The notes beneath the pieces were generated by a model, which was not told where the DNA came from, searched no databases, and saw nothing but the letters and a program-made list of their open reading frames with translations. A DNA stretch of 64,000 nucleotides, taken from a virus (taxonomy: Duplodnaviria > Heunggongvirae > Uroviricota > Caudoviricetes). The position numbers were made by a program, and so were the translations under genes. The stretch lies in the IMG/VR virus record IMGVR_UViG_3300033076_000838, positions 175,836-239,835 of that record; one strand, 5' to 3'. This document shows, one piece after another, positions 1-8,593 of this stretch (the first letter of the stretch is position 1; each line of letters opens with the position of its first letter).

Positions 1-1212
1 AAATCCTTTGATAATTAAATCTAATAATGAATTATCATTATTAACACTATTCATTATTTTAGAATGAACCAAATCAGACCACTCTTTACATAATACATAA
101 TTTGTATCAAATTCATTCATAAATGATTCCACAAATTGTGCAAATAATTTACTATTTGCTCTACATCTTTTAGAGTCTTCATAAAATGGATGGGGTGGAA
201 TATCAAACATCAACTCTAACATTTTAAGTGGATAATCATGTGTAGATATAAATGGTATTCCTGCTAAAATAAGTGCAAATGTTTTTTCTGAAAGATATTG
301 TGATAGATATTCTTTTTTACTCCATGACCAACTTTCACAAAGTATTTGCATTTTGGCTTTTGATAAAACTCTAAAAAACATATCCATATATCCTTGATGA
401 TTCATAATCCAAGTAACATCCTCAAAATCATTTTTACCATATACGGAATTTATAGGTATGTGTTTTATTTTTGGTGAATTCAAATTATAATCTGGATTTT
501 GTAATGAATCGCTTCGTTGTAACAATAACCTATCGTTTTTAATTTTACTCAATTCGTTTATTATCAAAACTCTATTTAGTTTATGATTTTTTATACTATA
601 CATTAAATCATAATCAAAATTAAGTTTATCATAAATTTGTTTGAATTCGTAAAACCATCTAATACCAATTATCTCATTCCACTGGAATATGGTATTTGTT
701 AATGCGTAATGAAAATTTGGATATTTTGATTCTACTGCTGAATTTAAAAATAAATTATCCACAATAATATGATGATTATTTAATTCAGATAATAATTTTT
801 CTACCTCAACCCATTTATCATTTTGTTCTATCGTATCATGAGTTTGAAGTATTTTTTCAGTTCTAAAATAAGTTATTATCCATTTTTGGTGAGGTGGTGC
901 ATCTTTAATTAATTTTTTATATATGGATAGAATTTGTTGTGATTCTTGTTCCATATAATGTTCATCTCTTTCTATGTATCCAATTTTAGAATCACCACTT
1001 CCGTAAAATAAAGCTGTGAAATAATCTAATATATGATGACCATCTTCTTCAAAACTAATTTGATTTTTAAATATAAATTGAAAATCAACACCTTTATACT
1101 GACAATCAATTATATCAACACCATCTGATGAAGAATATTTACGATTAATAGTATTGTGTGCTACTTTATAAAATATTGATTTTTGATATGAGTGATGTAT
1201 GTATATTTTCAT
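1..1212 (-). CDS. Hypothetical protein, partial (runs off window start); possible glycosyltransferase-like C-terminal half
   Basis: Manual translation: ATG at 1212, open to base 1 (404 codons, MKIYIHHSYQKSIF...). Contains CESWSW...YLSEKTFALILAGIPFI, loosely like the GT10 'TEK' motif. Absent from the ORF track because it has no stop in the window. Confidence 0.7.
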   Translation of the reverse strand, partial: MKIYIHHSYQKSIFYKVAHNTINRKYSSSDGVDIIDCQYKGVDFQFIFKNQISFEEDGHHILDYFTALFYGSGDSKIGYIERDEHYMEQESQQILSIYKKLIKDAPPHQKWIITYFRTEKILQTHDTIEQNDKWVEVEKLLSELNNHHIIVDNLFLNSAVESKYPNFHYALTNTIFQWNEIIGIRWFYEFKQIYDKLNFDYDLMYSIKNHKLNRVLIINELSKIKNDRLLLQRSDSLQNPDYNLNSPKIKHIPINSVYGKNDFEDVTWIMNHQGYMDMFFRVLSKAKMQILCESWSWSKKEYLSQYLSEKTFALILAGIPFISTHDYPLKMLELMFDIPPHPFYEDSKRCRANSKLFAQFVESFMNEFDTNYVLCKEWSDLVHSKIMNSVNNDNSLLDLIIKGF

Positions 1213-1214
1213 AA

Positions 1215-1739
1215 CTAAATTATTTTTGTATCAAAATCAATTCGATTTCCTTTTCGTAATTTTCCCGGTTCGTTTATATCATATATATCCTCATAAAACG
1301 TTATTGGAATATTAAGTGTATTTGATATGTAAACTAATTCATCATTACATTTTTGAATGTATTCATATTCTTTATCGTAATTAGGAGTTCGTTCCCACAA
1401 ATATGGTTGGTTGGATTTAAAACTTTTTTCCTTTTCTTTATACATCAAATACGCCCAACTTTCTGCACAATTGGTTAGATTCTTTCTTGACAATAATATA
1501 ACTTCATCAAATTCTTTGGTTAAATTTAACAACCATTCAATTCTATCTTCACTTTTAATTGTAGTTGGTAAATGAAAAATTATTGTCTTAACAACTGCAT
1601 TTTTAAATTTACTTATATCTGGTATAGTTGTTGATGAATTAAATGGTTCAAACTCATATTTTAAATTATGTTTTATAGATAATCTTTTACCTAATTCACT
1701 AGAACCCGTTCTCGGTAACGCAATTATTAAAATATTCAT
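1215..1739 (-). CDS. Sulfotransferase-like P-loop protein (Stf0-like)
   Basis: N-terminal IIALPRTGSS resembles the 5'-PSB loop; LLSRKNLTNCAESW resembles the 3'-PB motif. Confidence 0.6.
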   Translation of the reverse strand: MNILIIALPRTGSSELGKRLSIKHNLKYEFEPFNSSTTIPDISKFKNAVVKTIIFHLPTTIKSEDRIEWLLNLTKEFDEVILLSRKNLTNCAESWAYLMYKEKEKSFKSNQPYLWERTPNYDKEYEYIQKCNDELVYISNTLNIPITFYEDIYDINEPGKLRKGNRIDFDTKII

Positions 1740-2302
1740 ATCAACGAATTATTATTTTTTACCTTTGGATAATTAAAATCAGTTTCAGTCATCCAAACAT
1801 TTAACGCATATCGAATCCCCTCCGTTACCGGTAAAACTCCATGATATGTTTTAGTTCCAATAAAAGATATAGAATCTCCTAATTTCAAATCAAATATTTC
1901 AATTCCATCTAAATTTTTAAAATTAAGTGATGGATTCTTACTTTCTGATAATGCAAATTGTCCACCATTAAATCCATCCGATAATACTATGACAGTAGTT
2001 AGTTCACTTGTTTTATCTTTATGTAAATTTAAATACCTCCCATCGTAATATGATGTTAAACTGATATTGAAGTTTTTTAAATCAAATGTATTATAATCAA
2101 ACCACAAACTAAATTCATTCGATTTATATTTTTGGATTAATAAATTGATAATTTTAGTTTTGAATTCTTCATCATATATTCGTCTACAATCCCACTTTTC
2201 AGATGGATTATACGAAAAGCGTTCACCATTACTCAAACAAAAATCAATAATATTATTTGCTTCAGTCCTATCACAAAAATTATTATTTATAGAATAATTC
2301 AT
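1736..2302 (-). CDS. 2OG-Fe(II) oxygenase
   Basis: YLNLHKD (HxD), LSDGFNGGQF, TYHGVLPVTEGIRYALNVW (distal His and Arg). Confidence 0.85.
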   Translation of the reverse strand: MNYSINNNFCDRTEANNIIDFCLSNGERFSYNPSEKWDCRRIYDEEFKTKIINLLIQKYKSNEFSLWFDYNTFDLKNFNISLTSYYDGRYLNLHKDKTSELTTVIVLSDGFNGGQFALSESKNPSLNFKNLDGIEIFDLKLGDSISFIGTKTYHGVLPVTEGIRYALNVWMTETDFNYPKVKNNNSLI

Positions 2303-3117
2303 TATAAAATTTTTATTTGTTTAGACGATGTAGATTTGATAATATTGGTTTCAGTAATAAATCTAAATAACTCTTCACCTATTAGTTTGTATCCTAATTT
2401 CGAAGGATGCATACCAGGAACATTTAATATATTATATTGTGGAGATTCCCATACATTTCTATCGTTAGTATTTGTTAAGAATTGTTTAAATGTCGTATTA
2501 CCAAATTTCCAATAGTTTGATTTATTGATTAAATTAGTTTTATCATCCTCCAATCGTATATTATCAATCATCATATCAAATGCATCACAAAAAATGTAAT
2601 TTATACCATAATATTCAAATAATGATTGTAGGAATAATATATAATTCTGATTGATTATATTGTAATAATTTTGTGTATATAATTCTCTTACAAAGAATTC
2701 TTTGAAATTGATAAGAAATTCGTTATACGTTGGATTTTTACTAAACTTATTGTGGGTAAACCATTTGGTTTTATGCTGCTCTTCTAAATACTTCACACCC
2801 CACACATGCCATTCATCGGTAGGAAAAAATGGAACACTATCTCTAAGAGTAGAACTCCACATAATAACCACTAAATCATTTTGTGATATTTTATAAGATT
2901 TTACTAAATCAATTATTCTATCGAATATTTGTTTATTTGAACTACCGGCTTCTCCATAATTTATATGAGGAATATCTAATAAATCACTCAATACCTTTGG
3001 CCATGCATGTTGGTTTCTATATTGTGTTTTTTCCAAATCGTTTGTGATTTTAGATTCAACATCTATATTACCACCAACACCTTCGGTCCAACTATCGCCA
3101 AATGCACATAACCTCAT
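2302..3117 (-). CDS. SGNH/GDSL hydrolase-fold protein
   Basis: AFGDSWTEG (block I), NYGEAGSSN (block II), MHPSKLGY (block V). Confidence 0.8.
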   Translation of the reverse strand: MRLCAFGDSWTEGVGGNIDVESKITNDLEKTQYRNQHAWPKVLSDLLDIPHINYGEAGSSNKQIFDRIIDLVKSYKISQNDLVVIMWSSTLRDSVPFFPTDEWHVWGVKYLEEQHKTKWFTHNKFSKNPTYNEFLINFKEFFVRELYTQNYYNIINQNYILFLQSLFEYYGINYIFCDAFDMMIDNIRLEDDKTNLINKSNYWKFGNTTFKQFLTNTNDRNVWESPQYNILNVPGMHPSKLGYKLIGEELFRFITETNIIKSTSSKQIKIL

Positions 3118-3129
3118 ATTATCAAATCA

Positions 3130-3267
3130 TTATGATAAATGCTTATCCTTTATTCTATTTACAAACTCTTGAACTGCAGCTGCAATTTTTACTTTTGTAT
3201 TAGATGGTATTGGTGCTATTAAAGCCTTAATGACCGTAGTAGGTCTTTCTATTCTTGTACTTGCCAT
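3130..3267 (-). CDS. Small hypothetical protein (45 aa)
   Basis: Manual translation MASTRIERPTTVIKALIAPIPSNTKVKIAAAVQEFVNRIKDKHLS; fills the gap between co-oriented genes. Confidence 0.65.
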   Translation of the reverse strand: MASTRIERPTTVIKALIAPIPSNTKVKIAAAVQEFVNRIKDKHLS

Positions 3268-3290
3268 AGTATAATATTTTTTTTAATTAT

Positions 3291-4769
3291 TTAAAGTTTA
3301 CCTCCACTACATGTTGGGCACCACCCAGAGTGGCAATAATATCCACACCAATTCCACGGACACCAACACGAGTTGTGCATCACACTAAAATCACCATCAC
3401 CTATATCAACAAGGAATAAATCGGATGGTTCAAAATCCATACTATAAATTACTTTTTGAGCATGTTCCATCTCTAATCCTGTAATTTCAATAGTTGTTAA
3501 TTGGTTGGTAGTAGAATCAGTTACAATTAATTTATCACCCACATACATTTTGTTTAATTTTTCAAAACGAGTTGCTAATGACCCAGATTCTTCAATATAA
3601 TATGTACATGAAGGCGAATCTACCCAAGTCTTACCATCGGCTAAAGTAACTCTTACATATATTGTATCGATGGATGCTGAAACAATTGATTGTAAACTAG
3701 ATGATGTAGATGTTAGAGTATCATTTGAATATTGTAATGAACCCGACCATCCATAAGTTTCGATTTGTGTTTCTTCAAATTTTGCTGCATGATTGTTATT
3801 AAAATCAAGAAAATCAATAGAACGAACGTAATCACCCAATTTTATAGTATCCACATCTATTAATGAACCAGTGTAATCTAAAATAACACTTTCATCATCG
3901 GTGTGATATTCGACTCCTCTATTTTTACCCAACTCTTTTGTAAGATATTTGTATCTACTTTTTTGATTTAACGTAGTTGTAGTAGAAAGTAATTCAGTAG
4001 ATGCGAATGTAAGTGGAATAATCGCAGATTGTCTATATCCACCCATATTAATTACATCTAAATTACCACCATATATAATATCTATACTTCTGATAATTGC
4101 ATATCTACCTTCTACTAAATTCGTTTCATCATAAATAAATTCTTGTAATAAATGATTTGTAGGAGTTGTAGATTTTAATGAACCCAATTCAGCATCAGAT
4201 GTTAATATATGTAATTCTGGATATAATTCACTATTATAATTTGGGTATCTTGCTTTAATTAATACATTTGGATTATTACCATTATCGGTTATTGTAGTAA
4301 TACCATCAAATCCCAATACACTATCATCTTGATATGTGTTTGGAATATAAGTAGAACCACTCATTAATGAGAAAAATTCAAATTTATCTGCACAATATGT
4401 TTCATCTACCAATGCAGTAGTATCAAATGCTTGTCTTAAAATAAATTTATTAGAAGTATCTTCAATATAAGGAACTGTCACCGAACCGAATGGAACAACA
4501 TAATCAGTAAACGTTATATTGTTTTCAGAACATTTTTGTTGTAATAATACCTTAAATTTATATGGTTGATTTACTGGTTTGTGTGAATCAACTTCAGTCC
4601 ATATATAATGGAATTCAGTTATTGAATTCGCTACCAACATAGTAAATAACGCATCGTAATCTAATAGGTCTGCACCATCGTTGTATATTGTGGTATTTGT
4701 GTTCGTTTCTAATATCTTAACATCACCATTATATTCTAATAGGTCAGTTCCAATAATTGTTGCTTTCAT
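3291..4769 (-). CDS. Fusion: circularly permuted ATP-grasp-like domain + Hint domain + 26-aa Cys/Trp-rich C-terminal peptide
   Basis: N-terminal GTDLLEYNGDVKILETN (D...ExN) precedes VLIKARYP and LLQEFI, the permuted ATP-grasp order. Hint blocks: SVILDYTGSLIDVDTIKLGDYVRS ... VGDKL ... IYSMDFEPSDLFLV ... VMHN, followed by SCWCPWNWCGYYCHSGWCPTCSGGKL. Confidence 0.7.
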   Translation of the reverse strand: MKATIIGTDLLEYNGDVKILETNTNTTIYNDGADLLDYDALFTMLVANSITEFHYIWTEVDSHKPVNQPYKFKVLLQQKCSENNITFTDYVVPFGSVTVPYIEDTSNKFILRQAFDTTALVDETYCADKFEFFSLMSGSTYIPNTYQDDSVLGFDGITTITDNGNNPNVLIKARYPNYNSELYPELHILTSDAELGSLKSTTPTNHLLQEFIYDETNLVEGRYAIIRSIDIIYGGNLDVINMGGYRQSAIIPLTFASTELLSTTTTLNQKSRYKYLTKELGKNRGVEYHTDDESVILDYTGSLIDVDTIKLGDYVRSIDFLDFNNNHAAKFEETQIETYGWSGSLQYSNDTLTSTSSSLQSIVSASIDTIYVRVTLADGKTWVDSPSCTYYIEESGSLATRFEKLNKMYVGDKLIVTDSTTNQLTTIEITGLEMEHAQKVIYSMDFEPSDLFLVDIGDGDFSVMHNSCWCPWNWCGYYCHSGWCPTCSGGKL

Positions 4770-4790
4770 ATTTTTCCTTTATATTTCATC

Positions 4791-4798
4791 TATAAATA
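4791..4798 (-). promoter_or_regulatory. Putative late promoter TATTTATA
   Basis: Octamer lies 22 nt upstream of the 4769 start; the same motif recurs before many structural genes. Confidence 0.65.
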
Positions 4799-4807
4799 TA
4801 TAATTCA

Positions 4808-5095
4808 TTAAATTAAGGAATTTTCATCCTTATCTGGTATAGGTTCTAAATATCCTAAATCAGTCTCTCCCCATTTTTTCTTTGTGCATGCATTAAATGT
4901 ATTCGAAAATACCTTTTTATTTAAAGGACACCCGCAGTGATTACATAATGCAGACCATTTTACACCTGATAATATTTCTTTTCTATATTCGCATCCCATA
5001 CACACATTTAATCTTTTCTCTGCTAATTCTTCTTGTAAAGGTGTTGGATTAAACGATGATTTCCATGCATCAAATATTTCTTTATAATCAATCAT
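4808..5095 (-). CDS. Small Cys-rich putative metal-binding protein
   Basis: CMGC ... CNHCGC ... CTKKKW. Confidence 0.7.
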   Translation of the reverse strand: MIDYKEIFDAWKSSFNPTPLQEELAEKRLNVCMGCEYRKEILSGVKWSALCNHCGCPLNKKVFSNTFNACTKKKWGETDLGYLEPIPDKDENSLI

Positions 5096-5857
5096 TTATA
5101 TTAGAGTTTTAACTGATTTTGGTAAATCGTAATAATCATAAATACTATTGTATTTTTTAATAAATTCGGAATTTAATTTTAAATTAGTTTCCATATGTTT
5201 ACTAGAATTTACTTCTTTTAATTGAAATGGTTTTTGAGTAATATTTGAAATCCACATTTCCATCTCTTTTAAATTTTTAATATCAAACCATATAATAGTT
5301 GGGTCGTTATTATGCCAATAAATTCCCGGTGTTATTAAAATATCAAGTATATTAACAATATATTCTTCGGAATGCAATTTTAATTCGATTGGTATGCCAT
5401 AACGTTGTGATAATAAATTTTTATCTATTAAATAATCGCATATAATATCCCATCGATTTTTCTTTGTAAGCAATTGTTCCGTTTTGTAAAAAAATAATTC
5501 ATCTAATGTAATGTTTTTAAAATATTCATATACATCATTTGCACCTGCTCGTTTTAAATCAAAAAGTATGTGTTTATATAATGAATAAAATGTTTCATGT
5601 CTATCTCTTTTTACTGCTATTATAGGATACTCAAATCCAAATTTTTTACCTAAATCAATTAGTGGTTCGTGTCCATGCTGAATATAATCCATTATAGTCG
5701 ATTCATCTATATTAGTAAAATCTATTTTCGAATTAAAAGAATTCCAACTTTCTTTAATAGTTTCAACTGATAATCCATTCAGTATACAAGAATAATGAAA
5801 CGACGTTGAACCTCTTCTTGGTAAACTCAAATATATAAACTTATTATCTATTAACAT
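5096..5857 (-). CDS. Sulfotransferase-like protein
   Basis: YLSLPRRGSTSF (5'-PSB-like); IAVKRDRHETFYSLY (3'-PB-like). Confidence 0.6.
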   Translation of the reverse strand: MLIDNKFIYLSLPRRGSTSFHYSCILNGLSVETIKESWNSFNSKIDFTNIDESTIMDYIQHGHEPLIDLGKKFGFEYPIIAVKRDRHETFYSLYKHILFDLKRAGANDVYEYFKNITLDELFFYKTEQLLTKKNRWDIICDYLIDKNLLSQRYGIPIELKLHSEEYIVNILDILITPGIYWHNNDPTIIWFDIKNLKEMEMWISNITQKPFQLKEVNSSKHMETNLKLNSEFIKKYNSIYDYYDLPKSVKTLI

Positions 5858-6507
5858 TATATCAAAGATTTTTCTTTTTTAATAAATTCAAATCCAACAT
5901 TACCAGCCATTACAATTCTATCTATTGTAGATTTCGGTGCATTGTTTGGAGTATGTGGCATATCACCTGGCATTATAATTAAATCATCTTCTTCCGGTCT
6001 TATCCAATATTCTTTTTTATTTTGGCCTCTAAAGTATAATACACCATCTTCGCCTTCCATTACATCTGGCATTTGAATATAATAAACGTAAGTATAAGTT
6101 GGAACAAATGATTCCATTTGTTTATTGATTTCAGTATGAACATGAAATTTATCTACACCTTTTAGTTCATTGTGTTTAAATTGTATTTGAACTGGGTCAA
6201 TTGAACGAACTACATTTACCCAAGAATCTGTATTAATTCTATTAAAAATTTTACCTTCTTCTACATAAATTTGTTTACATAAATTAATTCCATTTTGAAG
6301 TATTTCATCTAATTTATTTTCAATTTTAACATCACCTATAAAATTTAAATTATTTTTTTCTTTCTTATACCCAAACCCATCAGTTTTAACATCTGGCAAT
6401 GATTCAATCACATCTTTTGCTTCAGATATAATTTGGTTTTTGAATGATGATAAATTTAATTTTGTTTTCCAAATGAAAGTGGATTCATCAAAATATATTT
6501 TTTCCAT
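5857..6507 (-). CDS. 2OG-Fe(II) oxygenase-like (cupin/DSBH) protein
   Basis: FHVHTE, TYVYYIQMP, DLIIMPGDMPHTP, RIVMAGNV. Confidence 0.7.
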   Translation of the reverse strand: MEKIYFDESTFIWKTKLNLSSFKNQIISEAKDVIESLPDVKTDGFGYKKEKNNLNFIGDVKIENKLDEILQNGINLCKQIYVEEGKIFNRINTDSWVNVVRSIDPVQIQFKHNELKGVDKFHVHTEINKQMESFVPTYTYVYYIQMPDVMEGEDGVLYFRGQNKKEYWIRPEEDDLIIMPGDMPHTPNNAPKSTIDRIVMAGNVGFEFIKKEKSLI

Positions 6508-6508
6508 A

Positions 6509-7759
6509 TTATAACAATTCTTTTTTTATAATTTTTTTATTTTTTCTAAAAATGGTTGTATAGTTTGATACTGCAAATGGTAATTCATTCGTTGATGATT
6601 CTTTCAATTCAAACGAATTTAATAATTCTACATCATTTTTTGAGTTAATACTTTTATTCTCATTTAATATTAATTTTAATTTAGTTGGTATTGGTGTAGA
6701 TTGAGCATCCTTCCAAAATTGTGTATCATCTCGTTCCGTTAAATAATGATAACGAATAAATAACATATTTTGTTCATTTATTTCCGAACTCCATTGGTTG
6801 AATCTATCTCTATAATTTTCATTAAATTCAACATCTAATAAACGTTTTAATTGCATTATAGTTGTCATTAATGAGGTTGCTTCTAATGGTTCTATAAAAC
6901 TAAATGATAATCCAATTGATATAGAATTACCAATCCAACTTCGTTTGAACGTACCTGGATTAAAATCAAACACTTTTTGAATACTAATTTGATGACCTAA
7001 TTTAGTTTCAACTTCTACTTTAGCATCCTCAACTGATGTATATTTATCACTAAATACATATCCACATCCTAATCTATGTTGCAATGGTATTTGAAACATC
7101 CAACCATATTTCAGTGCTTCTAATTTAGTTTGTGTTCTATCTTTTATAGTAATTTTATTTTCTTGTGGTAAGAAAAACCCAAATGCTTTATTTACTAATA
7201 AATATTCTGAATAATCAATCCAATCTTCTTTATGTATTTTACCAGTTATTAATCTAGCAAATCCACTGCAATCAAATATAAAATCTAAATTGATTTTTCC
7301 ATTGTTTAATAAATCTAAACTATTAATAATTTCATTTCTATTATTTATTTTTACAATGTCATCATCAATCCATTTAACACCCCTACTAATAGCAATTTCT
7401 CTAAGATATTTAGAAACCATTTTAGCATCAAAATGATATGCATACGAAATAGATTGCAATAATTCGGATGGTTGTTTACCCATAAGTGGATGTTTAGCAA
7501 TTCTACCATCACCATTCCAATTTATAAATTCTAATCCATTTTTTATAGATGAACCGGTTTTATTAAAAAAATCAGTTTGGTCTATTTCTAATAATGAAAG
7601 CATTTTACCAAAATTAGATGTTCCACCTTCACCCGCACCTAATATTCCAATTTTAGAACTTTCGATTAGTGTTACATCTACGTTTTTCCAAAATTTATTT
7701 ACAACTAATGCAGTCAACCAACCAGCAGTACCTCCACCAATAATCACAACTTTTTTCAT
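6509..7759 (-). CDS. Flavin-dependent tryptophan halogenase-like protein
   Basis: IGGGTAGW, GAGEG, SIKNGLEFINW (Lys at the catalytic position), FDCSGF, GWMFQIP, FIEPLEATS. Confidence 0.85.
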   Translation of the reverse strand: MKKVVIIGGGTAGWLTALVVNKFWKNVDVTLIESSKIGILGAGEGGTSNFGKMLSLLEIDQTDFFNKTGSSIKNGLEFINWNGDGRIAKHPLMGKQPSELLQSISYAYHFDAKMVSKYLREIAISRGVKWIDDDIVKINNRNEIINSLDLLNNGKINLDFIFDCSGFARLITGKIHKEDWIDYSEYLLVNKAFGFFLPQENKITIKDRTQTKLEALKYGWMFQIPLQHRLGCGYVFSDKYTSVEDAKVEVETKLGHQISIQKVFDFNPGTFKRSWIGNSISIGLSFSFIEPLEATSLMTTIMQLKRLLDVEFNENYRDRFNQWSSEINEQNMLFIRYHYLTERDDTQFWKDAQSTPIPTKLKLILNENKSINSKNDVELLNSFELKESSTNELPFAVSNYTTIFRKNKKIIKKELL

Positions 7760-8325
7760 ATAACTGATTTTTTTATTTCTTTACTTGGCCAAACATTTAA
7801 AGAATATCTAATCCCACTATTTAATTTATCTACACAATGCAATATATTTGAATCGAATATAAAAATACTACCTTGTTTTTTAGGAACATTATATTCAATA
7901 CCATCAATCATATAAATTACATCACCACCATCGTAATCATCATTTAATTGAAATATGATAGTTGATGATGCCCCATACATAATTTCGTGTGAATCGGAAT
8001 GCCAATCTAAAAAATCATCCTTTGAATATTCATTAAAAGAATATTTTGGAATTCCATTATATTTGATTCCATTAAAAGGTTTTAACTCATTTAAAATGGT
8101 TATTGTTTTATCTGATATAGATTTTATTTCTGATAATTCTAATGTATTATCTACAAAATAACAACCCATTCTTTTGTTTGTATTTTCATTTAAACCACTT
8201 TCAGTATAAACACCATTTACAAATTTAGATGATGTCATTTTATTTAATCCGAGTGATTTACCCAAATCAATAATAAAATTACATTCTTCTGGTGTTAAAA
8301 AATTTTCAATATATTTTACAAACAT
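7756..8325 (-). CDS. 2OG-Fe(II) oxygenase (P4H/PKHD-like)
   Basis: DWHSD, QLNDDYDGGD, ILHCV...GIRYSLNVW. Start moved to MFVKY at 8325 because the track start (8433) runs through the promoter region. Confidence 0.85.
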   Translation of the reverse strand: MFVKYIENFLTPEECNFIIDLGKSLGLNKMTSSKFVNGVYTESGLNENTNKRMGCYFVDNTLELSEIKSISDKTITILNELKPFNGIKYNGIPKYSFNEYSKDDFLDWHSDSHEIMYGASSTIIFQLNDDYDGGDVIYMIDGIEYNVPKKQGSIFIFDSNILHCVDKLNSGIRYSLNVWPSKEIKKSVI

Positions 8326-8344
8326 AATGTATCTATTTTGTATA

Positions 8345-8389
8345 TATAAATATATAAAAACTACTTTTTTTGATATTATAATATTTATA
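8345..8389. promoter_or_regulatory. Back-to-back putative late promoters (TATTTATA on minus at 8345-8352 and on plus at 8382-8389)
   Basis: Each copy lies 20-24 nt upstream of its divergent start codon (8325 and 8413). Confidence 0.7.
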
Positions 8390-8412
8390 AGCAATAAACA
8401 AAATATATAATT

Positions 8413-8592
8413 ATGAAAGACGTGTATAAGCAAAAGATTGTAGATTTGATTAATTCAATTAACGGAAGAGTAGTATTGATTGATAAAATGATTGATGGCC
8501 AGAAACAACCTAACCCACAAGAAGCAAAACAATACATCAGAGAAATTCAAAAAGGTTTAGAACAAATAGACGAGTTTATCTCAATATCGTAA
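8413..8592 (+). CDS. Small hypothetical protein (59 aa)
   Basis: Manual translation MKDVYKQKIVDLINSINGRVVLIDKMIDGQKQPNPQEAKQYIREIQKGLEQIDEFISIS; lies between the promoter and the 8594 gene. Confidence 0.7.
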   Translation: MKDVYKQKIVDLINSINGRVVLIDKMIDGQKQPNPQEAKQYIREIQKGLEQIDEFISIS

Positions 8593-8593
8593 A

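Noticed and set aside
3372-3910. Hint domain as a canonical splicing intein or mobile element
   Set aside because: It has no N-terminal Cys/Ser nucleophile, no block-B His and no homing endonuclease, and the C-flank is only 26 aa. C-terminal cleavage fits better than splicing.
8326-8433. N-terminal extensions of track ORFs at 8433, 10025, 15643, 17119, 19842, 41127 and 56330
   Set aside because: They run through promoters or upstream genes; downstream ATGs give better domain starts.
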